64,000 nucleotides of DNA. It comes from a virus. Taxonomy: Duplodnaviria; Caudoviricetes. The stretch spans positions 32,001 to 96,000 of IMG/VR virus record IMGVR_UViG_3300029288_000065, one strand, 5' to 3'. Below, in pieces: positions 19,752-28,243 of the stretch (the stretch's first letter is position 1; each line of letters starts with the position of its first letter). A program made the position numbers and the translations under genes. The notes below the pieces were generated by a model. That model had not been told where the DNA came from. It searched no databases and saw only the letters and a program-made list of their open reading frames with translations.

Positions 19752-21257
19752 ATGAAGAAATGTAAAATTTGTGGAATAGAAAAAGAAATATCTGAATTTC
19801 CAAAAGTTGGGGTTATTTGTAGAAAATGTAAAGCATCTAAACTTAGAGAATATAGGAAAAATAACCCAAATATTAAAAATGAGAGGAAGGAATACCGTAA
19901 GAATAATAGGGATAAAATTAATGAACAAAAAAGATTATTATATCAGGCGCATCCTACTATTATTAAACAAAAGAATAATATTTATTATCATAATAACGCT
20001 GAACATTGTAGGACCAGACAGAGAGAATATCAGAAAAGGGTTGAAACAAAAGATATTGATTCTTGGATTTGTAAGTGTATCAAACATGCTAAAGCGTCAG
20101 ATAAGAGGTTGAAGCGTGTTTTTGATTTGGATTTTGATTATGTAAAGGAAATGTATAATATTCAAGGCGGTAATTGTTTATTGAGCGGTAACAAAATGTT
20201 GCATGAGAGAAATAATCTTTTCTCTTTGTCTATTGACAGGATTGATCCAAAATTTGGTCATATAAAAGGGAATATACAATTAGTATGTCAGGCTATAAAT
20301 CTTGCAAAGAGGGAATATAGTAATGAACATTTGGTAGATTTTCTTGATAGTTGCTTGGAAACCAATCTGTCTGGATTTGATGGTTTTAATTATAATGAAT
20401 CAATTTCCAATTATGATCTTTTAAAGAGGAGAAAGTTGAAGAGGGAATTAAGGAAAAAATTTTCTGATTTTAAGCCTCCTACTTTTAAGGTTGAAGAATT
20501 GAAAGATGACATGAATGAGATTTTGAAATTGGAGGTTGGCGATTACTTGATTGATGGGGTTTGGCGTTCACATAAACCAGATGGGAAATCATGGGCTGGT
20601 AAGAAGTTAATTTGGCATTTTCAGCCACATTTATGGGATGTGAGGACTTTGGGGAAGCCTTTGATGAGTGAAGTTTGGGGGAAGGATTGTGGGATTTTTG
20701 AGCGTACATTGGATAATTTGGTAGCTGGTAAGTCTATTACTTATGATAGAATTATTAGGGAATTTATTTTTTCTGGAGTTGGTATTCCATCACAAATTCA
20801 TACTGGTTTTGCTAAGGCTATTTTTAAACATTTTGGTGGGAGATCTGTCTTCGATCCGTTTGCTGGATGGGGTGGGAGAATGTTGGCTGTTGCTTCTTTG
20901 GGTTTGAAGTATTGTGCTTGTGATTTGAGTGAGAAGACTGTAGAGGGTTTGAAAAATATGGCGAGGTTTATTGGATTTGATTGTGATTTAAAGTCGTGTA
21001 ATTGTTTTAATATGGAGATACCGAGTGCTGACATTATGTTTACATCTCCTCCTTTTGGTTCTGAGGAATATATTAATTCGAATTCATCTTGTGATCTTTT
21101 AAAATTAATTGAGATTACCAATCATATACCGATTAGGGTTTTACATTTGAATAAATATTTGGCTGATTTGACAGGGTGGGATTTGGTTCCTGTTCAGGCT
21201 CGTGTGAGGGCTGCTGGTGATACTTCGCAGGAATTTTTGGCGATTAAGATAAGATGA
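19752..21257 (+). CDS. HNH-type homing-endonuclease-like domain fused to an amino-DNA-methyltransferase-like domain
   Basis: N-terminal CKIC..CRKC; SIDRIDPKFGHIKGNIQLVCQAINLAK (HNH-like); C-terminal FDPFAGWGGRML (SAM-binding) and FTSPPF (catalytic motif IV-like). Confidence 0.75.
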   Translation: MKKCKICGIEKEISEFPKVGVICRKCKASKLREYRKNNPNIKNERKEYRKNNRDKINEQKRLLYQAHPTIIKQKNNIYYHNNAEHCRTRQREYQKRVETKDIDSWICKCIKHAKASDKRLKRVFDLDFDYVKEMYNIQGGNCLLSGNKMLHERNNLFSLSIDRIDPKFGHIKGNIQLVCQAINLAKREYSNEHLVDFLDSCLETNLSGFDGFNYNESISNYDLLKRRKLKRELRKKFSDFKPPTFKVEELKDDMNEILKLEVGDYLIDGVWRSHKPDGKSWAGKKLIWHFQPHLWDVRTLGKPLMSEVWGKDCGIFERTLDNLVAGKSITYDRIIREFIFSGVGIPSQIHTGFAKAIFKHFGGRSVFDPFAGWGGRMLAVASLGLKYCACDLSEKTVEGLKNMARFIGFDCDLKSCNCFNMEIPSADIMFTSPPFGSEEYINSNSSCDLLKLIEITNHIPIRVLHLNKYLADLTGWDLVPVQARVRAAGDTSQEFLAIKIR

Positions 21258-21334
21258 TCGCATGTCGTATGTCGTATGTCCTTCTCTGCGTATATAAGAG
21301 TGTGCAGGAATTGTCCTGCCAGGAGGATTTACCC

Positions 21335-21943
21335 ATGAGTAAGGCGCAAAGAAGTGATGGAAAGAAACAGAAAGCCCTGTTGGACATGTTCTGTGACAAT
21401 CCTAACTTGTACACAGATGGACAGCGATTAATGAGTTTGACTGATGAAAATTTGTTGCCAGTTGATGGTATATCACTACAGAGAATCAGGAGCATATTGT
21501 GTAAGATCCCAAATGGTGACCAGAAGGTTGCACTTGTCGATAAGTGGATTACTGTCAGGGACAATCAGTCGTCTAAGAAGCGTGCTGCTCAGAAGTCTCC
21601 CGTACAGGACGCTCTTGGTATTCTTGGAGTTAAAGTTAAGACATCACCTGTTGGTACGTATAAGGCTTTGTTGACTTTTGAGGGTGGTATTTTTGCATGT
21701 ACAATTGGTTTTGATACTTATTTTTATGCTTATAAGACTATTAATTTGAGTGAAATGTTTGATGTTCTTTATCCTATAGCGGTTTGTTCGGATGGTACTT
21801 CAATGTCGAAGCCTGAATTAAATAATATTATTTCTAATCTTGATGAGAAACCAATTTTGATCTTTTTGAACGCTTCTGTTTACCAGAAGTTGTATGGTGC
21901 TAACACAAAGGGAAAGTTAGTTTTTCAGCCGCAGGCCAAGTAA
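21335..21943 (+). CDS. Hypothetical protein
   Basis: AGGAGG SD before ATG 21335. Confidence 0.6.
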   Translation: MSKAQRSDGKKQKALLDMFCDNPNLYTDGQRLMSLTDENLLPVDGISLQRIRSILCKIPNGDQKVALVDKWITVRDNQSSKKRAAQKSPVQDALGILGVKVKTSPVGTYKALLTFEGGIFACTIGFDTYFYAYKTINLSEMFDVLYPIAVCSDGTSMSKPELNNIISNLDEKPILIFLNASVYQKLYGANTKGKLVFQPQAK

Positions 21944-21949
21944 GTTAAG

Positions 21950-21979
21950 GAAGAACCCCGGTTTTGCCGGGGTTCTTTT
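21950..21979 (+). terminator. Intrinsic terminator, near-copy of the one at 19659
   Basis: AAGAACCCCGG-ttttg-CCGGGGTTCTTTT. Confidence 0.8.
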
Positions 21980-22030
21980 GTATTTGATTGCGTGGGGCTG
22001 TGTTTGGTGGTATGTTTGGTTGGAGATTCT

Positions 22031-22432
22031 ATGAAGAGTGCTGAGATTTTGTTTAAGTCGAGGTGGTTTAAACTACAGGTGTGTTCTAGGTGTTTTGAGG
22101 TGGCTGACGATTACAAAACAATTCCTGGACCGTTTGGTGATCTGGGGTATTATGGCAGATCTCCAAGGAGGAATTTAAAATCACCGATCAGATACGGTAT
22201 ATTTTTTGATAGGCCAAGGGGAGGTCGTTTTTGGGATCCGGTGGAGCCGTGTCCCAGGTGTGGTAAGATATCTTTTGAGATTAAGACGGTTAGGATTGTT
22301 TATGTGCGTGTTCCTGTCAGGAGGAAGCGATTGTTTTGGATGATTGATGATTTCGTTATTGATGAGTATTTTGAACAAGTTAATGATGAGGGGGAAGTTT
22401 CTGTTTTACCTAAGGTGGATATTTATGACTGA
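22031..22432 (+). CDS. Hypothetical Zn-ribbon protein
   Basis: CSRC...CPRC; GGAG SD before ATG 22031. Confidence 0.55.
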   Translation: MKSAEILFKSRWFKLQVCSRCFEVADDYKTIPGPFGDLGYYGRSPRRNLKSPIRYGIFFDRPRGGRFWDPVEPCPRCGKISFEIKTVRIVYVRVPVRRKRLFWMIDDFVIDEYFEQVNDEGEVSVLPKVDIYD

Positions 22433-22736
22433 TCTAGAATTCTTTGAACATGCTAAGATTTTAAAGAGTGATCCTCATATTTTACTTTCGTCTTGTCCGC
22501 AGTTTTTGATTAACCATCCGTCTTTTAAGGCTATTGTTTCTGATGGTAGACGTGTTATTCCTTTGATTTTGCGTGATTTTGAAGTTGACGAGATGTTTTC
22601 TTGGGATATTGTTCTTGAACATATTGTTGGTTTTTGTCCTTGTCCGGTTGAGCATCGTGGTGTTGTTGATAAGATTCGACAGGATTGGTTGGAGTGGGGT
22701 AGGAAGCGTGGTTTCCTTACGGAGAATATGGGATGA
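22425..22736 (+). CDS. Hypothetical protein (HPxFxxI...PLILR...WLEWG type)
   Basis: Coupled to neighbours; motif pattern resembles small bacterial proteins of unknown function. Confidence 0.55.
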   Translation: MTDLEFFEHAKILKSDPHILLSSCPQFLINHPSFKAIVSDGRRVIPLILRDFEVDEMFSWDIVLEHIVGFCPCPVEHRGVVDKIRQDWLEWGRKRGFLTENMG

Positions 22737-23098
22737 CAACAACTCCGTCAAAGAATAATGATGCTTTTGAGGTATCATTATCTTTTAGGCAAGAGATTAT
22801 TTGTTCATTTTCTATTAGGATTAATAATCATTCTATTCATTGCGATCTATGTTTAAAAGATGATTATGATTATAACAATCCAGATAATGATCCGATTTTT
22901 TTGATTCAGTCTTGGTATGGACATTGGGAGGTAAATTTATCTAGTAAGGAGGTTATTTTTGTTGATTGGGGTTTTCATCCTAAATTAATTATTAGGAATT
23001 TGAGAATAGAAGAAAAGAGACGTTTGATTAGAAAGTGTAAGAAGTTCTTACGGAGAAATAAGAAGTGGCATTGGGTCATGGGGGTGGATTATGTTTGA
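22733..23098 (+). CDS. Hypothetical protein, DP-motif family; paralog of the C-terminal domain of 24870..25256
   Basis: YDYNNPDND...WYGHWEVNLS...EEKRRLIRKCKKFLRR. Confidence 0.6.
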   Translation: MTTTPSKNNDAFEVSLSFRQEIICSFSIRINNHSIHCDLCLKDDYDYNNPDNDPIFLIQSWYGHWEVNLSSKEVIFVDWGFHPKLIIRNLRIEEKRRLIRKCKKFLRRNKKWHWVMGVDYV

Positions 23099-23342
23099 TT
23101 ATCTTTCTAATCTTTTGGCTAGTGTACCTTTTTTGTCTTAGGAGGTTTTGTGCATCTTTTATTTTGGTGTCTTGCTGGCTTTTTGGTAATGTTACAGAAG
23201 AGGGATTTATATTTCTGGATTTATTGTATTTCTTTTTGTGGTACTTTTTTGTTGGATACTTGGTTTCGAAGCGGTGATTTTTGGTTTTCTTTGGTTTTAT
23301 GCTTGTCTCTGATTCTTACTTTTGGTTTTTGGAGATATGTGG

Positions 23343-23663
23343 ATGATTTCTGATACGTTTAAAGTTTGTGAGGAATTATGTAGTATTGGTAATTCTGCTG
23401 GTTTAAAATGTCATATTAGGAAGAATTATGTTTTTTGTCTAAAATATGATGTTGTTGTGTATCCAAGGTTGCATAGTGAGGAGTTGTTGTTTAAATATAA
23501 GAGTGATATTATTTTGGAAGTCGATGATGGTGTTATACGTTGTACTAAGTGTAGGTATTCAAATAATAAGGAAATCTCTTGGGATTTGTGTGATCCTGGT
23601 GTTTTTGAGTCGATTCTTTGTTGGTTTAAGAGTCAGAGAGTTCAGCCAGAGAAGATTTTATGA
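23343..23663 (+). CDS. Hypothetical protein, DP-motif family
   Basis: C-terminal WDLCDPGVFESI; GGAG SD. Confidence 0.55.
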   Translation: MISDTFKVCEELCSIGNSAGLKCHIRKNYVFCLKYDVVVYPRLHSEELLFKYKSDIILEVDDGVIRCTKCRYSNNKEISWDLCDPGVFESILCWFKSQRVQPEKIL

Positions 23664-24055
23664 CCGAGTTTGATATTGTTGAATTTGCTGTTGGGATGAT
23701 TTGGAAGAAGTGTTGGTTTGTTCGTCTAAAGCGTATTCCTATTTCGCCTTTTGGTTTTAAGATTTTTTGTGATGGGAATGGGCCTGTTGTTTATATTACT
23801 TCTGTTCCGCCTGGGTTTGCTCTCAAATATTTTCCTGATCAAACCATGGGTTGTGTTGGGGTTTCAGTTAGGGATGTTGGTTGGTGGTTTGATGTTGTTG
23901 ATATTACTTTGTTTGAGGGTTATATTGCTGATCCGGAGTTTGATTTGGATAAAATTGTTAGGAATATTCGTAATAGATACCTTTGTTGGGTGTTGTGGAA
24001 GTGGTCTTCGGTAGTGTTGTTTTGTTGGGTTTTGTTGGACTTCTGTGGAAAATGA
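23660..24055 (+). CDS. Hypothetical protein, DP-motif family, C-terminal hydrophobic segment
   Basis: GYIADPEFDLDKIVRNI; ATGA coupling. Confidence 0.55.
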   Translation: MTEFDIVEFAVGMIWKKCWFVRLKRIPISPFGFKIFCDGNGPVVYITSVPPGFALKYFPDQTMGCVGVSVRDVGWWFDVVDITLFEGYIADPEFDLDKIVRNIRNRYLCWVLWKWSSVVLFCWVLLDFCGK

Positions 24056-24086
24056 CTTTGGTATTTTAGCTTTAAAGGAGAAACGC

Positions 24087-24389
24087 ATGACGGATGCGAT
24101 TCGTAGTCTGCAGAACAGGATTAAGATACGTTTGAGGAATAAAAAGATACGGACACCGAAGAAGATTATTATTGGTAATCATGAAATTATAATTGAAGAT
24201 TGTTTCTGGGAAAGTTATGATACTGTTGTTGTTATTTTGAATTGTAATATTATCCATAGAGTACATCAGCATGGGGTACGAGTATCAATTCGTGGGTTAA
24301 AACCAGTTAATATGTATTATTATGAACCAGGGAGGAAGAGTGATTATTTACCTGTAAATGATGAAATTATTAAAGTATTGTTCATTTGA
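24087..24389 (+). CDS. Hypothetical protein
   Basis: GTATTT motif and AAGGAG SD upstream of ATG 24087. Confidence 0.55.
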   Translation: MTDAIRSLQNRIKIRLRNKKIRTPKKIIIGNHEIIIEDCFWESYDTVVVILNCNIIHRVHQHGVRVSIRGLKPVNMYYYEPGRKSDYLPVNDEIIKVLFI

Positions 24390-24456
24390 CGCTTAATGAA
24401 CTTAATAATATTCTTCCTATATATCCATTGGTTCACAGTCATTTTAGGAAGAAATA

Positions 24457-24873
24457 ATGACTATTGAAGAATTTAATATCAAAGCAGGTTGCCAAGTGCC
24501 ATGGACGAGAGGTACTTGGAATGGTCAATTTTTGTCTTTGGATGATACTCCAGCAGGTGATTTCAAACCGGAAGAAATTTGGCGAGTATTGGCAGTCAAT
24601 AATTCAGGTGGTGATTGGGATGGTTTCGGTGCAGCAGTCATACAATTGAAGGATGGAAGGTGGGTGGCGTGGGAATCAAGTTGGGGTCCAACGGGAAGTG
24701 GTTTTAGCGAAGATGCTTATGGTGGTGATGCGAATGTTTATTTCTCATCGACTATGGAAGGAGCAATAATGCTTGGGTTGACTCCTGTTAGTAGAGATTT
24801 ATTGGGTTTGGACACGGAAAATTGGTCAGATCCAAATGCTAAGTTGCCGGTCTTGGAAGAGATTACACCATGA
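24457..24873 (+). CDS. Hypothetical Trp/Gly-rich protein
   Basis: 138-aa ORF, AGGA SD, ATGA-coupled to the next ORF. Confidence 0.6.
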   Translation: MTIEEFNIKAGCQVPWTRGTWNGQFLSLDDTPAGDFKPEEIWRVLAVNNSGGDWDGFGAAVIQLKDGRWVAWESSWGPTGSGFSEDAYGGDANVYFSSTMEGAIMLGLTPVSRDLLGLDTENWSDPNAKLPVLEEITP

Positions 24874-25256
24874 ATGTTGGTTCGTTTTCGAGATTTGTTT
24901 TCCCTTTAATCAGGAAGTCTTATCCTGCTCTGATTGCTAACCAACTTGTGGGTGTTCAACCAATGACTCCAACAGTTAAAGATTTTGGAATTTTTAAGTT
25001 AAAGATTGATCGTCAGAGGTATAATATTGCTGTTTCTTTGTTGGAAAAGTATGATTATTCTAATCCTAGTAATGATATACTTGTTGAAGCTCATTTTGGT
25101 GCGTGGTTTTGGAAAGTGAATGTTTCTCGTGGATGTGTTCAATGTGTCTCGAAGTTTATAAATGGCCCAAACAAGAAAGTTTTGTCGGTTGCTGAGAGGA
25201 GAGAATTGGTTGCTGGCTGTAGAAAAGCCCTAAGGAAACTTCATGATAAAGATTAG
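24870..25256 (+). CDS. MCP (Gol-region) peptide fused to a DP-motif ORFan domain
   Basis: N-terminal FSRFVFPLIRKSYPALIANQLVGVQPM matches MCP FTRFALPMIRKSYPRLIADNLVGVQPM at 20/27 positions. Confidence 0.75.
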   Translation: MNVGSFSRFVFPLIRKSYPALIANQLVGVQPMTPTVKDFGIFKLKIDRQRYNIAVSLLEKYDYSNPSNDILVEAHFGAWFWKVNVSRGCVQCVSKFINGPNKKVLSVAERRELVAGCRKALRKLHDKD

Positions 25257-25659
25257 AGAAAGTTCTGTCAAACCCTTGTGGGTTGAAGATTATTATGATG
25301 GGCCACTAACTGGTTTTTGTGAGTATCGTGGAATACCATATTATTATGTTGCACAGGAGAATTGGATATATTTTTTATACCCTCTAAAGGAGGAAACTTG
25401 GAAAGCTCATTTATCTGTCCATATGGATTTCTGTGAATTTGTTGGTGATCATTGGAATGATGGTTTCAAGAGTAAGGGATCTGGTGTTAAACCTGAGTCA
25501 GAGCATCATAAGTTTTATGATAAGTATAAGAATTTGGTTATTCCTAAGGCTGATGAATTACCTCCGAGGTTTTGGTTTGTTATGGGTGGGGAGAAGGGTC
25601 AGAGGCGTTTGAAATTTTTAAAGCGTGAGTGGAGGATAGAGAGACTTAAACGTATTTGA
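25243..25659 (+). CDS. Hypothetical protein
   Basis: DYYDGPLTG motif; coupled ORF. Confidence 0.55.
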   Translation: MIKIRESSVKPLWVEDYYDGPLTGFCEYRGIPYYYVAQENWIYFLYPLKEETWKAHLSVHMDFCEFVGDHWNDGFKSKGSGVKPESEHHKFYDKYKNLVIPKADELPPRFWFVMGGEKGQRRLKFLKREWRIERLKRI

Positions 25660-25680
25660 GTGTGATTAAGGAGAAAGAAA

Positions 25681-26118
25681 ATGGAAGAAAGATCCTGGAC
25701 GATTGCTGGTAGATCCTGGACGATTGCTGGTTGTATGTTTTTCATTCTTGTTTGTGTGGCAATTGCTTGTGGGATGTGGGGGTGCCCACAATACAAGGTG
25801 TATGAGCAGAGGCTTGAGGGAGAGGCTCTTTTGGCACATGCTCAGGCTGCCAAGGAAGTTGCTGTGGCTGAGGCTAAGGCAAAGATGGAGTCTGCGGAAC
25901 TTTTGGCTCAGGCTGAAGTGAAGAGAGCTGAGGGTGTTGCTAAGGCCAATAAGATTATTGGTGATAGTTTGAGGGATAATGAATGCTATTTGAGGTATCT
26001 TTGGATTACTGATGTTTGTGGCTCCAATGTTGATAAGACAGTTGTTTATATTCCTACTGAGTGTAATTTGCCGCTTCTGGAGGCTGGTAGGACGCAGGTA
26101 AAGGCTGAGAAGAAATAA
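25681..26118 (+). CDS. Membrane-anchored SPFH/band-7-like coiled-coil protein
   Basis: N-terminal TM helix, GEALLA..A, AEVKRAEGVAKANKIIGDSL, YLRYLWI, VYIPTE..LPLLEAGR; AAGGAG SD. Confidence 0.65.
   Translation: MEERSWTIAGRSWTIAGCMFFILVCVAIACGMWGCPQYKVYEQRLEGEALLAHAQAAKEVAVAEAKAKMESAELLAQAEVKRAEGVAKANKIIGDSLRDNECYLRYLWITDVCGSNVDKTVVYIPTECNLPLLEAGRTQVKAEKK
25690..25731 (+). repeat. 21-bp perfect in-frame tandem duplication (RSWTIAG x2)
   Basis: AGATCCTGGACGATTGCTGGT twice. Confidence 0.9.
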
Positions 26119-26128
26119 GGAGAAGATC

Positions 26129-26455
26129 ATGGTGACTGGATCTGGAGAATGTCGGAAGCTGATTACGTTTGATCAGTTGTTGGGGGAACAGAAAAATCAA
26201 GAGACTCGTCTTTGTAGCTTTAATCAAAGACTTTTAGCTCTTCGTAGAGAAATTTTCGGAGATCCTGATCCTGATCCTGCTGAGAAGGATTGTGCAAAGG
26301 CTGAGACTTTTGGATATTTGGATAGAGCAAGTTCTAATAATGAAGGAATTAAGATTGTAATGGATATGATTGAAACCCATATTTTGGCTCTTGAGAGAGT
26401 TGTAAATTCTGAAGCCAGAGCAAAGTTTGATGCAGGAAGGCCTTCCAATAGGTAA
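26129..26455 (+). CDS. Hypothetical protein
   Basis: AAGGAG SD; helical. Confidence 0.55.
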   Translation: MVTGSGECRKLITFDQLLGEQKNQETRLCSFNQRLLALRREIFGDPDPDPAEKDCAKAETFGYLDRASSNNEGIKIVMDMIETHILALERVVNSEARAKFDAGRPSNR

Positions 26456-26470
26456 TCTCAAATATATTTT

Positions 26471-26761
26471 ATGGGCCACATGGGTAATATTATATGTGGG
26501 ATCATAGATGTACTTCGGTGTAAGCATCCGGAATTTAGTTATCGTTTCGATGAGCATAATATTCATCTTCTGGTGAATAGGACGAATTTTTGTTTTTATT
26601 TTGAGGGGACCGATATTTTTGTTAGTAGGTTAAAGCCAATTGATAAGCAGACTTGGGAGTTTTGTGGAATACCTTTTAGGGTTCCTTTGGGTGATCCAAA
26701 TTGTTTTGATGAGGTGGTGGGATATATTATAGCACAGTACATGATTGTTAGGAAGAGTTAA
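26471..26761 (+). CDS. Hypothetical protein, DP-motif family
   Basis: C-terminal VPLGDPNCFDEVVGYI. Confidence 0.55.
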   Translation: MGHMGNIICGIIDVLRCKHPEFSYRFDEHNIHLLVNRTNFCFYFEGTDIFVSRLKPIDKQTWEFCGIPFRVPLGDPNCFDEVVGYIIAQYMIVRKS

Positions 26762-26764
26762 GCC

Positions 26765-27067
26765 GTGGTGAATCTGGATCTGAATGATCCGTCTGTAGAT
26801 CCTCTTGAATTGCTTGGTCAATTCAAAAGATGGACAGAGCAAGATCAAGCAGGACTATATAAAAGTGGTTTTACTGATTTTGGTGTTTTCCTTTGGGTTT
26901 ACGAAAATTGGGGGTCAAAGGAAGAATCTATTGCTTTGGTGACAAGTTATGAGAAGATGGACATATTAAAGGAGCAAATTTTTGAGTTACTTGCTACTTG
27001 GATTAATTCTGATCTTTTGATTGTAGGAAAGAAAGAGCAGGTGACCATTTTCATTTTTAAAGGATAA
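26765..27067 (+). CDS. Hypothetical protein, N-terminal DP-motif subfamily
   Basis: NLDLNDPSVDPLELL; C-terminal LLATWINSDLL. Confidence 0.6.
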   Translation: MVNLDLNDPSVDPLELLGQFKRWTEQDQAGLYKSGFTDFGVFLWVYENWGSKEESIALVTSYEKMDILKEQIFELLATWINSDLLIVGKKEQVTIFIFKG

Positions 27068-27070
27068 TTT

Positions 27071-27379
27071 ATGGGTTTCGTTGGTGCTCCTGGTCCTCTT
27101 GGTCCTCCTGGTGGACAATATGTTATGGAGGTTCGTGAATGGATGATAGGTTTGAATGGTTTGTTGGTGGTTGTTCCTTCTCGTGATAATGATATTGCTA
27201 ATCCACAGAGTGAAATTTGTTTGTGGGATTTAAATGGTTTCGTTTATTTTAAGGAAAAGAAGTATAAATATATAGGTTCAGATTCTATAGGATATTTTTT
27301 ATGGGATGTTGATACACTTTATAAATTGCCTTATAAGATACCAGAAGAATTTTTCTCACAGATTCCTGTCCAAATATAA
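27071..27379 (+). CDS. Hypothetical protein, DP-motif family
   Basis: DNDIANPQSE; AAGGA SD. Confidence 0.5.
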   Translation: MGFVGAPGPLGPPGGQYVMEVREWMIGLNGLLVVVPSRDNDIANPQSEICLWDLNGFVYFKEKKYKYIGSDSIGYFLWDVDTLYKLPYKIPEEFFSQIPVQI

Positions 27380-27382
27380 AAT

Positions 27383-27454
27383 ATGGATTTCTGGGAAGTA
27401 GTAGGATGGGTCTGCCTATTCCTGGTTGGTTTACTTATGTTTCTTATAACATAG
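27383..27454 (+). CDS. Putative 23-aa single-pass membrane peptide
   Basis: MDFWEVVGWVCLFLVGLLMFLIT; CCAAAT motif 7 nt upstream of the ATG. Confidence 0.35.
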   Translation: MDFWEVVGWVCLFLVGLLMFLIT

Positions 27455-27492
27455 GGTAATTTACTGTTTTTGTAAGTAGGATAATTAATTAT

Positions 27493-27577
27493 TGGCTGCT
27501 GGGGAGTCAAGAAACCTACCGATGATCACCTTGTGACGTTCCGCGAACAACACCAAAAACAAAATCCCCAGCAACCA
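27493..27577 (-). ncRNA. Candidate structured small RNA (multibranch)
   Basis: 13-bp closing stem (one G-U pair, valid only on the - strand) enclosing two small hairpins, in a ~150-nt intergenic gap. Confidence 0.35.
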
Positions 27578-27602
27578 TTTTCCCGAAGTAAAAATAAAGT
27601 AG

Positions 27603-27869
27603 ATGACAACGATTAGGGCGTCATGCTATAAAAATAGGCGTTCTCGACTGATGGCATTAAGAAAACAAGTTCATATTGTCTTTGATATATTCTGGGAAAC
27701 ACACAGAATTACAAGAAAAGAAGCATACAGATGGTTATCCAGACAAATGGGCTTACGTATGTGCGACTGTCACGTAAGATTCTTTAACGTACAACAATGT
27801 TATTTGGCTCTTCAAATTTGCAGAACACACAAAGTTGAAGACATAGAACTTTTTGTAAGAGCCTCTTAA
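27603..27869 (+). CDS. DUF3268-like protein (C-terminal helical part only)
   Basis: LRKQVHIVFDIFW...TRKEAYRWLSRQMGL...CHVRFFNVQQC. Confidence 0.55.
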   Translation: MTTIRASCYKNRRSRLMALRKQVHIVFDIFWETHRITRKEAYRWLSRQMGLRMCDCHVRFFNVQQCYLALQICRTHKVEDIELFVRAS

Positions 27870-28231
27870 TCAGGATTACATTCCCTACAGGTATCACCAA
27901 GAGGTCCAGAACCGATTGTAGATATATCTCTTCCACAAGACTTACATAACAACTTTGGCTCTTCCACCATCTTTTCTTGTTCCAGAGGTGTCACACTGAT
28001 GATTCGTGCAACATAACCTTCGCTTACCCTCTTCATATCACCAGGGAAGAATTTCTTCCCATATTGAGATAAGGCATTCCATTGTGCTCGTTCTCGTGGT
28101 TTTGCAATTTGGTCACTCACTACTGTGTAGAAGGGATCATGGGCTGGTTTCTGAGAGTCTTTCGGGAATACCACTACTTTGTACCTTGAGTACGTTTCCA
28201 AGATTACTGGTTGTGTTAGGTTGAGTTTCAT
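27866..28231 (-). CDS. Hypothetical protein with C-terminal Zn ribbon
   Basis: CKSCG...CRECN. Confidence 0.55.
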   Translation of the reverse strand: MKLNLTQPVILETYSRYKVVVFPKDSQKPAHDPFYTVVSDQIAKPRERAQWNALSQYGKKFFPGDMKRVSEGYVARIISVTPLEQEKMVEEPKLLCKSCGRDISTIGSGPLGDTCRECNPD

Positions 28232-28243
28232 ACTCTATTTTTG

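Noticed and set aside
23065-23353. Two overlapping hydrophobic ORFs (23065..23277, 23150..23353)
   Set aside because: The region is extremely T-rich, so every frame looks hydrophobic; I cannot tell which, if either, is real.
27083-27115. Collagen-like GAPGPLGPPGG
   Set aside because: Only about three triplets, too short for a triple helix.
27497-27577. tRNA-like element on the + strand (TGCTGGG...CCCAGCA-A-CCA)
   Set aside because: An acceptor-like stem and CCA are present, but there is no T-arm (GTTCRA in a 5-bp stem) or D-arm, and wobble pairing favours the - strand; kept only as a generic ncRNA candidate.
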